64,000 nucleotides of DNA from Octopus vulgaris (Eukaryota): assembly GCA_951406725.2 (NCBI GenBank), contig OX597825.1, positions 29,202,001-29,266,000 of the forward strand, given 5' to 3'. A program made the translations under genes and the position numbers. The notes under the pieces are model-generated. The model was not told the origin of the DNA. It made no database searches and saw only the letters and a program-made list of their open reading frames with translations. Positions 39,698-52,949 of the stretch are shown here, one piece after another; the first letter of the stretch is position 1, and each line of letters opens with the position of its first letter.

Positions 39698-39903
39698 AAT
39701 ATGTGACAATTATTTGGTTGCCATAATAAGACTCCGAGTTTCAGATATCGGGGTAGTAAATTGCTCCAGCATCTTGTCAGTTATCAAGGCAATCAAAAAA
39801 TTTTTTGAATGCCTCGATAACTGTTGAGATGTCACAGCAGTTTTCTGCACCAATATCAGAAACTTAGAGTCTTGTTATGGCAACCAAATAATTGTCACAT
39901 ATT
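39698..39903. mobile_element. Fully palindromic foldback element or MITE (about 205 bp) with TGT...ACA ends
   Basis: aatatgtgacaattatttggttgccataataagactc...gagtcttgttatggcaaccaaataattgtcacatatt, with pairing continuing imperfectly to a central aaaaaattttt. Confidence 0.8.
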
Positions 39904-39976
39904 ATATTGCAGATAAATTCCTCTATTTACATAATATCGAGGTTTCATTCATTCTTTTGTTGTCTTACCATTATGA

Positions 39977-40017
<41 letters not shown>

Positions 40018-40982
40018 GTATCATCATCATCATCATCATCGTTTAATGTCTGTTTCCCATGCTTGCATTATATGTTTCCCTTGGGGGTTTATATGCTCCG
40101 CTACTAGACTATTTTCTTTAGTCAATACACAGTGATCGCTTGTAAGCTTTAAGCTTATAACATATTATTGCTATTTACAGAATTGTCACTCATCACTGTT
40201 TTTAAATTTATTGCACACACACACACACACATATACACACACATGCACACACAATGAGTCCATAATTTACCTTTACAACTGAAAACTTCAGAATGAAAAT
40301 GTTAAATTAGGATAACTTGACATAGTTTATTGACATACAAATGTAGTGAATAATGAATGTAGGTGGAAACATGATCAGTGATAAATATGTTTAGGAGGGA
40401 AGGGGGAAGAAATACATGAAGTGTAGCTAGAAGGGCCTGATATATGTGTGTGTATGTGTACATGTGTTTGTATGTGTGTAATAGTGAAAAAGGTAAGATT
40501 TCACAATCACTTCATAATATCTTTCTAAACCCTACACCTGTTTCAATGGTAAACATACAAATGTTTTGATTCCTTCATATAAATAATTAATGAATAAAAA
40601 TGCATAGTTAGTTACTTTAGAGGTATTAGATAAAATATTTCATCAAGAGATAAATAGGCTGCTGTGGACATTTGCTTCAGTTAATTTACATATATGCAAA
40701 TTCATTCCACTTATGATTATTGCATGGTAAATTATATATTGGAGTTTAATACTATGTTAAAAAATTGGCTCTAAATTTCAGTGGACACTTTTTATAGTAA
40801 ACTCTAATTACACACACGCATGCATGCACATACACACATACACACACATGCACATGCACATGCATACACACACAAACATATATATATTTGATATAATTAA
40901 TTGTCTTATAAGCAATTTCTCATGTTTTATTACATTCTCTCTCTCACTTTCTCTCTCTCTCTCACTTTCTCTCTCTCTCCCC

Positions 40983-41013
<31 letters not shown>

Positions 41014-41801
41014 CATTAATATCAAACAATTAGAATGAGTGCTCAACACTGCATTGGTGAATGAAAATGCTTCATCTATGGCATAGGCTACAATCGGTTT
41101 CATGTTAAGAAATCCCTTAACAATTTTCAAGCCTGTTAGATAGAACATTCATTACTGTTTTCACCTTGGAATAAAATACATATCTATAAATAGGAACAGG
41201 CAGATCTAGGATATCCATGGCTACTTGCATATTTGTTGAAATTCCAACTGGTTGCTTTGCATTCTCAAAGACCAGTAGAATAAAAGAACTCATTATATGT
41301 AAAACAGTTAAGGACTGGTAAAAGGAAGGGCATCTGATTATTAAATATCGTTTCAAATAAATCCATGTTCGACCCATGCTAGCATGGCAAAACGAATGTT
41401 AAATAAACTGATGGAGAAACAACATACACAAACACACCCACACACATACACACATTCACACATACATTCATACTTAAAGGCATGCATACATACGCACATA
41501 CATATGTATGTATATATATATATATATATTATATATATATATATATATAAAGATATATATATATAGATATAAACTTTTAGGTTCAGCTAAAATTCCTTGA
41601 ACTGAAAATCTGCTCTTGGTAGAAATGTTAATTAGAATCGTTAATGCCCTGTATTTCCTGAATTTATTAATTCTATTCTCATAATTTCATTTTGACTTTG
41701 AATTTGCATTTCTCATAGTAATCTAAAACACAGCAACAACAGTGATGACAACAACAATCACGATGATAATAATAATAATAATAATAATAATATTAATAAT
41801 A

Positions 41802-41834
<33 letters not shown>

Positions 41835-42099
41835 GGAACCAAATCTTTTCAAAACTCTGTCAAAATAGATTAACTCGACGAAGCTTAAATATTAAGAATG
41901 GTGTGGAAACTGGAACAAAGGATATAAAGAAAGATAATATCCAAAGCACCAATTCGGCTAGAAATGCTTCCATATATTGCTTAATTTATCTTTGATTCGG
42001 AGACAGCAGGGGAGAACAGCCTAGGAAATCTGAGTAAAGTCTAGATAGACTATAAAGCAATGTGACAGACGATGACAGTTATGCTTACAATTATGATGG

Positions 42100-42134
<35 letters not shown>

Positions 42135-42431
42135 GTAGAATTAATCGTGACGAAGATGAGGATTATAGATGTGGATTTTTGTTTGGTTTTTCTCATTGCA
42201 TACCTATTGTTACAGTCGGATGAAAGGTGATCGCAACAATAAATCAAGATCATTATTATTCATTTTGCTGTTCTTCCATCACTTTCAGTGTTTGTTCGTT
42301 GCTGATTCATTCTCTTTGTCGAGGAACGAAACTTTCGAAAGCTCTTCGTTTCTCTTTCCTGCGTGTCATTGTAGAAAATGTCGAACTTACATTTATTTGT
42401 GTGTTCATTTAATTTAATTATGTATCTGTTA

Positions 42432-42640
42432 TCTTTTACTTGATTCCGTCATTAGACTGTGGCCATGCTGGGGCACCGCCTGGAAGGGTTTTAGTCGAAT
42501 GAATCAATCCCAGTACAAAATTTTTTAATCATCGTACTTATTCTATCGCTTGCTGAACCGCTAAGTTATGAGAATGTAAACAAACCAACAATGGTTATCA
42601 AGTGGTAACAGAAGATAAACACAATCACATAGACACACAC
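42432..42640 (-). mobile_element. SINE family A, 3' half
   Basis: cttttacttgattccgtcattagactgtggccatgctggggcaccgcc...gctgaaccgctaagtta. Confidence 0.8.
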
Positions 42641-42674
42641 ATACACACATGCACACAGATATATACATATCCAT

Positions 42675-42722
<48 letters not shown>

Positions 42723-42724
<2 letters not shown>

Positions 42725-43342
42725 GCAAAAATGCTAGTTCTGAAATCTCTCTAAGAGATCAACACAGTAGTTGTACAAACAAGTAATATTCGTAGCCACT
42801 TCCACATGGTTGTCCCTTTGAATGGACTCTGCTGCAAATTTTTAACCCTCAGAAGACATCTCCTCTAGACAGTTAACAATGCAGAGCTATATCTGATAAA
42901 TTGCAAGCAAGGGAGTAAGCCCCTACGACCTTCTGGCAACAGGACCAGCAGACCCGTCCCGAAGAGGCTACAAATATTACTTGTCAGTACAACTATTGTA
43001 CTGAACTCTTAGAGAGATTTTAGAACTACCATTTTTGTTTGTTGCAAAATCGGCGACTGTTTGTTCGCTTGAAATATATATACTGTGAGCAGAGGGCAGT
43101 TACTGTCATCTCTAGCAGACAAGGTGTCTAGTACTGGAGAGTGGCAGAAATAGCATGAAACCAGGACTGGTCTGTTGGTCTTGTCACTAGAAGGTGGTAT
43201 GGGTTTGCTCCCCTGGTCAAAATTTATTTGATGCAGCTCTGCTTCCCTAACCAGCTAGAGGAGATATCCTCTTGGGGTTAAAAAATTGCAGTAGAGTCTG
43301 TTTGAATGAACAGCCATGTTGAAGTGGCTATGAATACTACTT
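42723..43342. repeat. Overlapping double inverted-repeat structure
   Basis: 42723-42802 is inverted at 42961-43040, and 42781-42959 is inverted at 43164-43342. Both pairs are imperfect. Confidence 0.85.
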
Positions 43343-43356
43343 ATATATATACTATT

Positions 43357-43799
43357 ACTCCTTACTCTTTTACTTGTTTCAGTCATTTGACTGTGGCCAT
43401 GCTGGAGCATCACCTTTAGTCGAGCAAATTGACCCAAGGACTTATTCTTTGTAAACCTAGTACTTATTCTATCTGTCTCTTTTGCTGAGCCGCTAAATTA
43501 CGGGGATGTAAACACACCAGCGATGTCAAGCGATGTTGGGGGGACAAGCACAGACACAAGTTGTCAAGCGATGTTGGAGGGACAAGCACAGACACACAAA
43601 CACACACACACATATACATATATATACATATATACGACGGGCTTCTTTCAGTTTCCATCCACTACCAAATCCACTCACAAGGCTTTGGTCGGCCCAAGGC
43701 TATAGTAGAAGACACTTGCCCAAGGTGCCACGCAGTGGGACTGAACTGGAACCATGTGGTTAGTAAGCAAGCTACTTACCACACAGTTGCTCCTGCACC
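43357..43799 (-). mobile_element. SINE family A, full length, with an internal tandem duplication of about 38 bp
   Basis: gtcaagcgatgttgg(g/a)gggacaagcacagacaca occurs twice (about 43525 and about 43563). Confidence 0.92.
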
Positions 43800-43861
43800 T
43801 ATCTATTTACCACACAGCCATTCCTCCACCTAGCTACTTACCACACATGTATGTATACACA

Positions 43862-43898
<37 letters not shown>

Positions 43899-44081
43899 TG
43901 TTGTGTCTGTGGGAAGTCATTCTCTTTTAAAGCCTTATTAATTAACACACTCAATTATTCAATTTCCAATTACTTCTTTATTTAATTTTTTTTTCTAAAA
44001 TTTTCATTGCTTCTTGCCACCTCTTCAATAATTGTTGACTGTCTGTTATTGGAGCTGTGTTCTTTTTGTTTTATAAACACA

Positions 44082-44139
<58 letters not shown>

Positions 44140-44144
44140 ATAAG

Positions 44145-44290
44145 CTTGTTTCAATTCCAATGCACCAGATCCACTCACAAGACTTTGGTTGACCCAGGAC
44201 TATAGAAAAAGACACTTGCCCAAGGTGCTATATAGGGGACTGAACCTGCAACCATGTGGTTGGGAAGCAAATTTCTTACCATGCAACCTA
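44145..44290 (-). mobile_element. SINE family A, 5' half
   Basis: ccagatccactcacaagactttggttgacccagg...gggactgaacctgcaaccatgtggttgggaagc. Confidence 0.82.
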
Positions 44291-45104
44291 TATATTTTAT
44301 ACTTTCTTCCTCCAAGTGAAAATAGAATTTAATAAAATCAATTCTGGATGATGTCTTAGTGAATTATAACCCTTTAAGCATTGATACCAAACTAAAGCAG
44401 TAAGCCACAGAGATATCGACTTTGCTGTTTGTTCAAACTAATCTTTCAAAGGTAATTTTGTTAAAATATTGTCTTTGATAACAAGAAACCCAGCACGAAA
44501 TTACATCAGTTGTCATGGTATTCTAAACGTCAACATGTCACCTTTCCTTAATTTTTTTCTTCTTTGTCTGATGTGTATATATGAATACATCAACAGATTT
44601 CTTAGCAAGAGTGTTATAATTACTAAAAGATAAAATCTTAGACAAGACATTACTCTAGTTTATATCAATGCATTGGCATATCTAATGTCATTAGTATTAC
44701 AAATGAATAAAGCATTAATGTATATACCACTGATTGCAACTTTATATACATGTATGTATGTATATATATACATATACATATATATACATATACATATATA
44801 TATATATATATATATACACACATGTGTGCGTGTGTATACATGCTTATATATATGTTTTTATATATATAAATTTCAGGGTAGTAAAAACAAATTATTTAGA
44901 AATTTTTTAGAACATTTTTGTCTAGCGAGAAGAAAAAACTAGTCAATAGACTGTATATTATTCATATAAATACAGTGTACATTTAAACACATAAGAGATG
45001 GCCATAATAGGACATCTAACCCACTAGAAGGAGTAGTTAAAATCCAAACCACTATTAGGGGTAATTTCAAAAGCGAATGAAAAATGAAAAACATTTACCA
45101 TTTA

Positions 45105-45177
45105 TTTCCTGTACCATGATTTCAAGCTATCCTCAGCAAATAAAATAATTTGAGGCACAGCTATCATCAGCAGGAAA
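45105..45177 (-). ncRNA. Minimal type I hammerhead ribozyme (Penelope-like-element type)
   Basis: Minus strand: uuuccug-CUGAUGA-u-agcugu-g-ccuca-[loop]-ugagg-auagcu-u-GAAA-u-caug-g-UA-caggaaa. Perfect 7-bp stem I, about 11-bp stem II, 2-bp stem III with palindromic CAUG loop, GUA cleavage triplet. AATAAA lies just downstream. Confidence 0.72.
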
Positions 45178-45659
45178 GCCAAGATTAACATATAAATATG
45201 AGGTGATACAGAATATGCCTCGTGCTTACATGTTATAATTTTTCAAATCTACCGTGCAAGTGTGTTTTTTTGGGGGGGGTGGGCAGCAAATACAAAAGAT
45301 TCAGCATCTTTTGTATATGCTGCCGATTAAAGACCGTTTATATATTATATACATATCTTTCAGTCTATCTTTCTGTTTTGCGTTGACTATGAGAAGAAAG
45401 AGTACTCAATACCATAGTAGAACTTAATAATATTTATCTTTTGGTCAAGTGAGTCTCTTGCCAGCCTGGAGTTTAGTCTGTATGTCATTAAGCAAGATAT
45501 GAACTTTTCATAGCAAAACACTTACTCAGCAAATTTTATAAATGCACACACACATTTTCCCTAATATGATCTGCATTTATATTGTCTTCATGTAGAACAG
45601 TTAATTCAACAAATTGCATTATCTTGCATTCCTCACACCATATTGACATATCTGGTTTC

Positions 45660-46340
45660 TTTCTTGTTGGCATTGGAAAAAGACATTCACACCCTAAAAG
45701 ACCTACTATCACCTCCCAAACTCTATCTCAGTTCTTGTCATTCACAGCTTTCTCCTGATTGATTTGATGGACAAATGTGATAAACCATTTACTGCCATCC
45801 TTCTGCAGTTTCTTGTCCTGAAACTGGCAAGAAACTGCTTCTTAGCAGTAGTATAGAAAATTTTGCTACCTGCTTCTTAGCAGCAGTACAGAAAATTTTG
45901 TGAACCTCATTTTGTCTTCATGTCTATCTTCCCAAAGCCATTCAACACCTAGATAGAATTTCCTTTACCCTACCAACTTTCCTACATCTACATTTGTCCT
46001 CATTTGTTATTTTCCATTAGAATAGATTGCAGTGGAACAGCAGTACAACATAGCTAGCTCGAAGAAGAAATTGCAACCCTGATGTTCTCCACCTCCAGAT
46101 CTCATTCCAGTCCACTTTCCTTTCAGCAACCTCTTCATCCCATCTGGTCATCTTACCTTGCTGACGGCATTTAATGAAATGCAGTTATCTTTTCTCTGTT
46201 TCTATAACTTCAACATAAACTACTAACAGCAGCTCTGCACACTCTCTATCTCTCTGTCATCATCAAAAATGGTTTAAATGGATTATGAGCAATACATTTC
46301 CAGTCACTTCAAATTGCTCCCACGTATATTTCGAGGTACA
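45660..46340 (-). mobile_element. Possible ancient LINE ORF2 remnant
   Basis: Purine-rich minus strand with higher GC and scattered LINE-like remnants (e.g. caatttgaagtgactggaaat). No intact frame. Confidence 0.25.
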
Positions 46341-46542
46341 TACACTTTGATGTTGACTGATAGCATAATTGGTAGGGCAGTATTGTAGCATTTAGTTGCA
46401 TGCTGCCATGTCCTATGTTCAAATCCTGACTAAGTATTTGGTTTTTAGAGTTCTGGGATTAATGAAAATATTGGAAAGATACCACTAGTATACAACATGT
46501 CATTTGAATCTGCTACATTACAGCCCAATGTAAGAAATAATA

Positions 46543-46683
46543 TTAGGTTGTCCCAAAAGTTCGTAAACACTTGCGAAAATTGAATTTTTACTCGCCAAGT
46601 ACTAACAAAAACAACAAAAATTATTCCTCAAAATAAAGACCATTATTTTCCAAGACTTTCTACGAACTTTTGGGACAACCTTA
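46543..46683. mobile_element. Tc1/mariner-type MITE
   Basis: TA|ttaggttgtcccaaaagttcgta ... tacgaacttttgggacaacctta|TA. 23-bp TIRs with 1 mismatch and a TA TSD. Confidence 0.88.
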
Positions 46684-46973
46684 TAATATGTTTTCTTTAA
46701 TCCATTAACATTTAAATAATCCTTATTTGGCCACACTGTAAGTCAATGATGCTAGTTTAAACTAACTCTACTTTTTTATTAACACATTACTAAATTTTAA
46801 ACTGTTGCTTCAAATAAGTTTCTGTTCAAATTAAGCCGGCTAGCAAAATTGGATTGGAAACAAATGAACTAATCACAAACAGACACATGCATACACACAC
46901 ATACACAATGGGTACAGACACAGACAGACACATGCATATGCACTTAAATTCACTCACACACATGCATACACAT

Positions 46974-47006
<33 letters not shown>

Positions 47007-47544
47007 TTTAAAATGCAATATAATTCCCAGAATTTAAAACCTATTCTCTGTAGAAAATGTTAGCTTAAATAATTAATTATCTGCCAGAAAGATAAACAAA
47101 TGAAGACAAAATAGCTGAGAAGATAATGGAAAATGTAATTAAGAACCCAGCTGATAATTACTATAAGTGTTTGGTTGGGTTTCTCAACAGGACACTTAAT
47201 TCTAAATACCCCAGTGTAGCAAACTATTTAAGAATATGTATCAGATTTTCTGGGATATTATCTATAAATGCATGTGTATTATCTTCTTCATGGGGTCATT
47301 ATTAACATAACCTTCATTGCTGTCATTGTCATCATAATCATAATCATAATCAACATCATCGTCATTTCAACATCTGGGGAGATGTGAAATGAAGTGCTTT
47401 TCCCAACAACATTAACCACCACCTGGTCTAAGAATTGAACCTGTATTTTGACGAGCATGAACCCAATGCCTTAGCCAACAGTCCGTGTACGTTTACAAAT
47501 AAACAAACATAGTTTTCCATTTTCTCTTTTATTTTATTTTGGGT

Positions 47545-47862
47545 TAGGAGCACTCCGTCAGTTGCAATGATGAGGGTCCCAACTGATATGATCAACGAAA
47601 CAGCTTGCTTGTGAAATTAATGCACAAGTGGCTGTGCGCTCCACAAATATGTGTACCCTTAATATAGTTCTCAGGGAGATTCAGCGTGACAGAGAGTGTG
47701 ACAAGGCTGGCCCTTTGAAATACAGGTACAACTCATTTTTGCCAGCTGAGCAGACTGGAGCAATGTGAAGTAAAGTGTCTTGCTCAAGGACACAACACAG
47801 CGCCTGGAATTGAACTCATGACCATTCAATCATGAGCCGAATGTCCCTAACCACTGAACCAC
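47545..47862 (-). mobile_element. CORE-type SINE related to family D but with a different 3' half
   Basis: Minus-strand head gtggttcagtggttaggg...gagttcaattcc, then tgtgttgtgtccttgagcaagacactttacttcacattgctccagt (shared with 2690-2750), then a distinct tail. Confidence 0.82.
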
Positions 47863-48732
47863 ATTAAAACGTTTATGGCTAGATGTCCTTCCTACTGGAA
47901 AAATTCTTATTTTAATGTCTCACAAAATATTGTTTCATCATTTTGTCTGGAAATCAGTGGCAAGATCCAATAACTTTTACAAACCCTTCTGGATTTGAAG
48001 GTGGGAATAATTAAATAACTCCATGTTCATGTTCATAACGTAAGCAAAAAAATCCAGGAATATTTCTGAAAACAAAATAAATTTTGCGCAAGAATTCAAA
48101 TTTATGTCATTTATTTATTTGCTAAGAAATTAATTTCCATAGTGCAAAGCCAAGACTAGGGGGGAAAAAAAAGAAATATTGATTAAATGAAGTAATCACA
48201 ATTTTATTAATTTATTTCTACTAAAAAGAAATATATATATACATATATACATATTGAAAATATTGGAATATTCAAAAGATCATTTTCGTTTGCAACAATT
48301 TATATAATCACATTCTACTTTCAAATCAGCTTCTTTAGAAGCAAAGAAATATGGTTAGCAGTGAGAAATTGCTAAAATACTTTATTTGCTGATTTGAGAA
48401 ATGCTGCCAAATTTTGGAGCAGAAATTGGATTTTAACCATGATTTAGCTAACTTAGCTGCTGCATAAGGAACTATTTTTCACCTCAAATAAAAGACACTT
48501 CACATGCAACCCGAGAAAAGGAATGAATCTATTTGTATATCTATAGTGGTTCATCATCATTAAACTCAGAAAAAGAGAAAAAAAGTATCTTCATTATCTA
48601 CATACCTTCTTTCTGATCCCTTTCCATTTTTTAAAAATATTTTCCAAACTTACCCCACCATTTTAAAAATTATGTGGCTAAGAATTTGTATTTCTTTAAT
48701 AGAATTATATGTAATTCTGTTGACTAAGATTC

Positions 48733-48969
48733 ATATATATTTCTTTATTGCCCACAGGGGGCTAAACATAGAGGGGACAAAAAAGGACAGGGAAAGGAAT
48801 AAAGTTGATTACATCGACCCCAGTGCATGACAGGTACTTATTTAATCGACCCTGAAAGGATGAAAGGCAAAGTCGACCTCAGTGGCATTTGAACTCAGAA
48901 CGTAATGGCAGGCAAAATACTGCTAAGTATTTCACCCAGCGTACTAACAATTCTACCAGCTTGCCACCC
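48733..48969 (-). mobile_element. SINE family B, full length with 12-bp TSD
   Basis: tgactaagattc at 48721-48732 and 48970-48981. Confidence 0.92.
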
Positions 48970-49997
48970 TGACTAAGATTCCTATTAACCGAAATTACCA
49001 TGCAGAGCTAACATAAGAACAGTCGCACCAGTCACATTACAGAATTACTTTCCAGCTAAATTTTGGAAGACAAAGTCTTTGAGACCAAAAAGATTCTTCA
49101 ATTCCAAAGTTATAAATATTCAGATCACTTCCAGAAACTTTAGTATCCTTCATGTCTAAAGAATTTGTGAATTTCATGAATTTATATTTTGTTCTGTGCT
49201 GATTTTATTTGTTCTTGTGTCTTCCTACAAATAGTGCAAGACTGAATAAACTTAACTCTAGTTTCTGCAACACTCTGATGGAAATTTTTGACATAATTTA
49301 CTAATACTTTGGTAGTAGTTATTGTCTCAAAAGTTCTATCTAAAATTATACACATAATGCACATGTGTGAGTACACAGACACACACACATGCTCGCATTC
49401 CTGCACATGCACACTGAGTCATAAATTAGGAAGTTGGAAGAATTTTGTTATAAAATATATTACAAAACTCTACTTCCAGTATTAAATACTCTTTCTTCAT
49501 CTTGTTTAGACTTATGTGCTGTGTATATATAATCCCTGCCCCTATATATATATATATATATATAACTACCAAAATAAAATTACCAAAATAAAATTTGGGA
49601 TTCATGGAGGGTCAAAGTTGGGAGCAAAAACAGGACAACAGAGACATACAAGGAAACCAAACGAAAACGAACATGGAGGGCCATTAGACCTGCACAAGGG
49701 GAAAATAGTGAATGCTGAGAGAAATATTTTCTTTGAAAAGAGAAAAGATAGAAGACATCCAGTCCTTAGAACGTCTGGGCAGGAAAAGAAAGATGGTCAT
49801 GTGAGGAAAAGAAAGATGGACGATGGTCACGTGTGAGCATCCAGAGAGAGAAAAAGAGAAAGAGAGGGAGGGAGAGACAGATAGAAAACGGTGATAGGGA
49901 GAAAACAGTATAGAGTAGAATCACATCAAAAAGGTTAAAATATACTTTCTTGACAATGGATGCATGGCGTTCAATTAAATAATAATATAGATAATAC

Positions 49998-50069
<72 letters not shown>

Positions 50070-50245
50070 GCATATATGGGTACAGGATGTCATCAAAAGT
50101 AAACAACATGAAATATGAAAATAAATGAGTTAAATATGCAAACAATGAGAGAAAAAATGGAAAACAAGATAAGTAATACATAGAAGGACCCCTTATCAAA
50201 TGTCGGTTGTCTATCTACTCCTCATTTCGAGCAACTCACAGACAT

Positions 50246-50285
<40 letters not shown>

Positions 50286-50299
50286 GCATACATATATAT

Positions 50300-50450
50300 A
50301 AGAAAAATGAAGACTGGGAAGTTAATAATTGTTTATTATTGACAGCAAATTAATCATCTTCACTTACAGCTGTTTCAATTAATTCTCAAGAAATATTAAG
50401 TAAATATTAAATTTATTTTCATATGACGTGAGCATATCTTCAGCGGGGGG
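50300..50450 (-). mobile_element. Penelope-type terminal remnant with a decayed hammerhead core
   Basis: Minus strand CTGAAGA...GAAACAGCTGTA (palindromic ACAGCTGT) followed by AATAAA. Stem I no longer pairs. Confidence 0.45.
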
Positions 50451-50550
50451 AAAATATACTCTTGGATGTTTTAATGTGTTCATGGATTCATTATAACAGA
50501 CTGAATGAGGTTAACACAACTTCTAATTGAATTTAATGATATATATATAC

Positions 50551-50590
<40 letters not shown>

Positions 50591-51493
50591 TACCATATAT
50601 GTGAAAGGCAATTCAGCTATTTTTATTCATGTTTCATTAGCCTTATAATCACCTTATGTTCATAATTTCACAATAGTATTGAATAGTAGCGTCATAGTAT
50701 TGGTAAACAACTAAGAAACTAAATCTATGACAGAGGTTTCATTTCATTATAAAGCTGAGCTCTTTTATTCATTCATTATCATACGTAATTTCTGAAGCTA
50801 TTCAATCAACTTGAACTGAGATGGACTTTGCTATGATAACTCACTCTTGACACTTCACACAATGATGAAATGTTCGTTGGTCATCCAATAGCCCATTAAT
50901 AGCTACGGCAAATTTTTATTTCTTAATTAATGAGACGAGTATATTCAAATTTAATTTGCTTTATAGTGATTTGTTTACATTTTTATACGAGAATTTTATG
51001 TTGCACGGTTTGGAATATTAATTGTTCTAAATTCCTGGTGTCGTTGATGTTTTCGGTTCCCTGTGACCTTTTCTCAATGATGTATGTTCCAACGGCGTAG
51101 TGAGTAAAATCCTTTGAAAGTTATGGAAGATAATTATGGGATTGATTCATTGCATCTCCTGTGTTTCATTGAATGATTCCAGTTTTGAAATTCCTCACAA
51201 TTAGCATCAGATTATAGCTATTTGACAGTGAGAAGGACATGAAGGGATAGGCTTAGAGAATAGAACTATCCTCTCTGTTGTTTTGAACAGGTCAGCAGAA
51301 AAGCACATTTGCTGTTGTATGCAAATGAGCTGATCAATTATCTGATTCAAATTACCAAGCAGTTCATGGTACTGTAGGAATGATGATTTAATGTTCTTTA
51401 ATTTAATATCAGATACAGTAATGACAGAGTATTTGGTACTACCTATGTGAACTGGAATATGAATGCTTGAGGGGAAGCAGTGTTTTTGGTTAA

Positions 51494-51711
51494 CCCTTTT
51501 GTTTTACATTTCTGTTGAAGTACACCACTTTTGTTGCAATTAATTTTGAAAACAATGAATAATAAAGTGAAATAATTCCACCATTATTAAACCAATGTTT
51601 GGAACAAATTTACCTGAAATTTTGATAGAAGGTTTTAACATAGATCACTTTAAAACAAAAAGTTTGTCTCACAGAACCAGGGTGGTTCCAGGTGAGTTGA
51701 TATTGTAAAGG
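51494..51711. mobile_element. Old piggyBac-type MITE related to the 14.4-14.8 kb pair
   Basis: TTAA|ccctttt...aaagg|TTAA. Similar length, with internal similarity (gaaggttttaa, aaaacaa, cagaaccag). Confidence 0.7.
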
Positions 51712-51813
51712 TTAACACATCCAAACAGAAAGCAATACATATCGAGGAAAAACTTAGTTAGTTAACTGGTGCATATTACTCATCGGTGTCTCAGTGTCTG
51801 TTCATATATCTGC

Positions 51814-52110
51814 TGTGGAGGCAAATGGCCTAGTGGTTAGAGCAGTGGACTCGCAGTCGAGGGATCGTGGGTTCGAATCTGAGACCGGGCGATGTGTGTG
51901 TTTATGAGTGAAACACCTAAGCTCCACACGGCTCCAGCAGAAGGTAATGACAAACTTCTGCTGACTCTTTCACCACAACTTTCTCTTACTCTTTCCTCCT
52001 GCATCTTGCAGCTCACCTGTGACGGACCGGCATCTCATCCAGGTGGGGAACCTATACGCCAAGGAAACCGAGAAACTGGCCCTTATGAGCCAGGAACAAA
52101 CAAACAAACA
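51814..52110 (+). mobile_element. SINE family E, full length
   Basis: tgtggaggcaaaTGGCCTAGTGGttagagcagtggactcgc...GGTTCGAATC head and (aaac)n tail. Confidence 0.9.
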
Positions 52111-52658
52111 TACATTTGCTAGATTAGTGTTATTTAATTGGAAAATCAGATGGAACTATTGACAATGAAGTTATTAGATATGAGGAAGCTTGGAATGGAT
52201 ATCATTAACTATATGTGAGATAATTAAAAAAAAAAATTGCTGAGCATTATTTTCGTCATGCAATTTCCTACTGGTTTTATACATTGTGGTATTATTTTTT
52301 GTGAAGCTGTGGGAGTTATTATAATGTTATTATGTTACGAGGAAGCTGGGTAATGCTGTATGAAGGATAACTTGTGAGTATATACAGGTCCTGTTTCATA
52401 CTCATTCAACTTTCAGGAATCAATGGGGTTCATTCTGAATAATAATAATAGAGAATGGATTTCAGGTAAAAGTCAGAGGAAATCAGTTGTGTCTGAGGAC
52501 ATTGTTGCTGTTTATTTGAGAGGGATGGATGGTAGAAAGAGAAGGGAGTAGAGAGAGGGGAGAAAAAGATGTATGGCAGAGGGAGAGGAAAAGAGAGGAA
52601 GGGGGAAAAGAGAAAGAAAGTGAAAGAGATGAATGGTAGAAGGAGAGAGGGAAGGAGA

Positions 52659-52690
<32 letters not shown>

Positions 52691-52949
52691 TTAGACTCAG
52701 TATATTTCATATATTCATAGATGCTAACTCCCCTAATTGTGAAGTGGTTGCTTCTGGTTCCTGCTTATTATCCCTGATACAGGTAAATAGTTTTGGATTC
52801 AGTCCTATAGCATGACACTTTGGGTAAGAGTTTTTTTATTATAGACCTGAGCCAACCAATAGCTTATGAGTGAATTTTGCTTATGTGGGTGTCTGAGGGT
52901 GTGTGTATGTGCATAAGAGTGTTTGTGTGTGAGTGTATGTATATGTCTT

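Noticed and set aside
45835-45905. Two direct repeats of about 35 bp, superficially CRISPR-like
   Set aside because: Only two adjacent units with no spacers, in a eukaryotic context. A simple tandem duplication.
50980-51110. CpG-containing stretch considered as a Penelope GIY-YIG fragment
   Set aside because: No frame gave a recognisable GIY-YIG motif.
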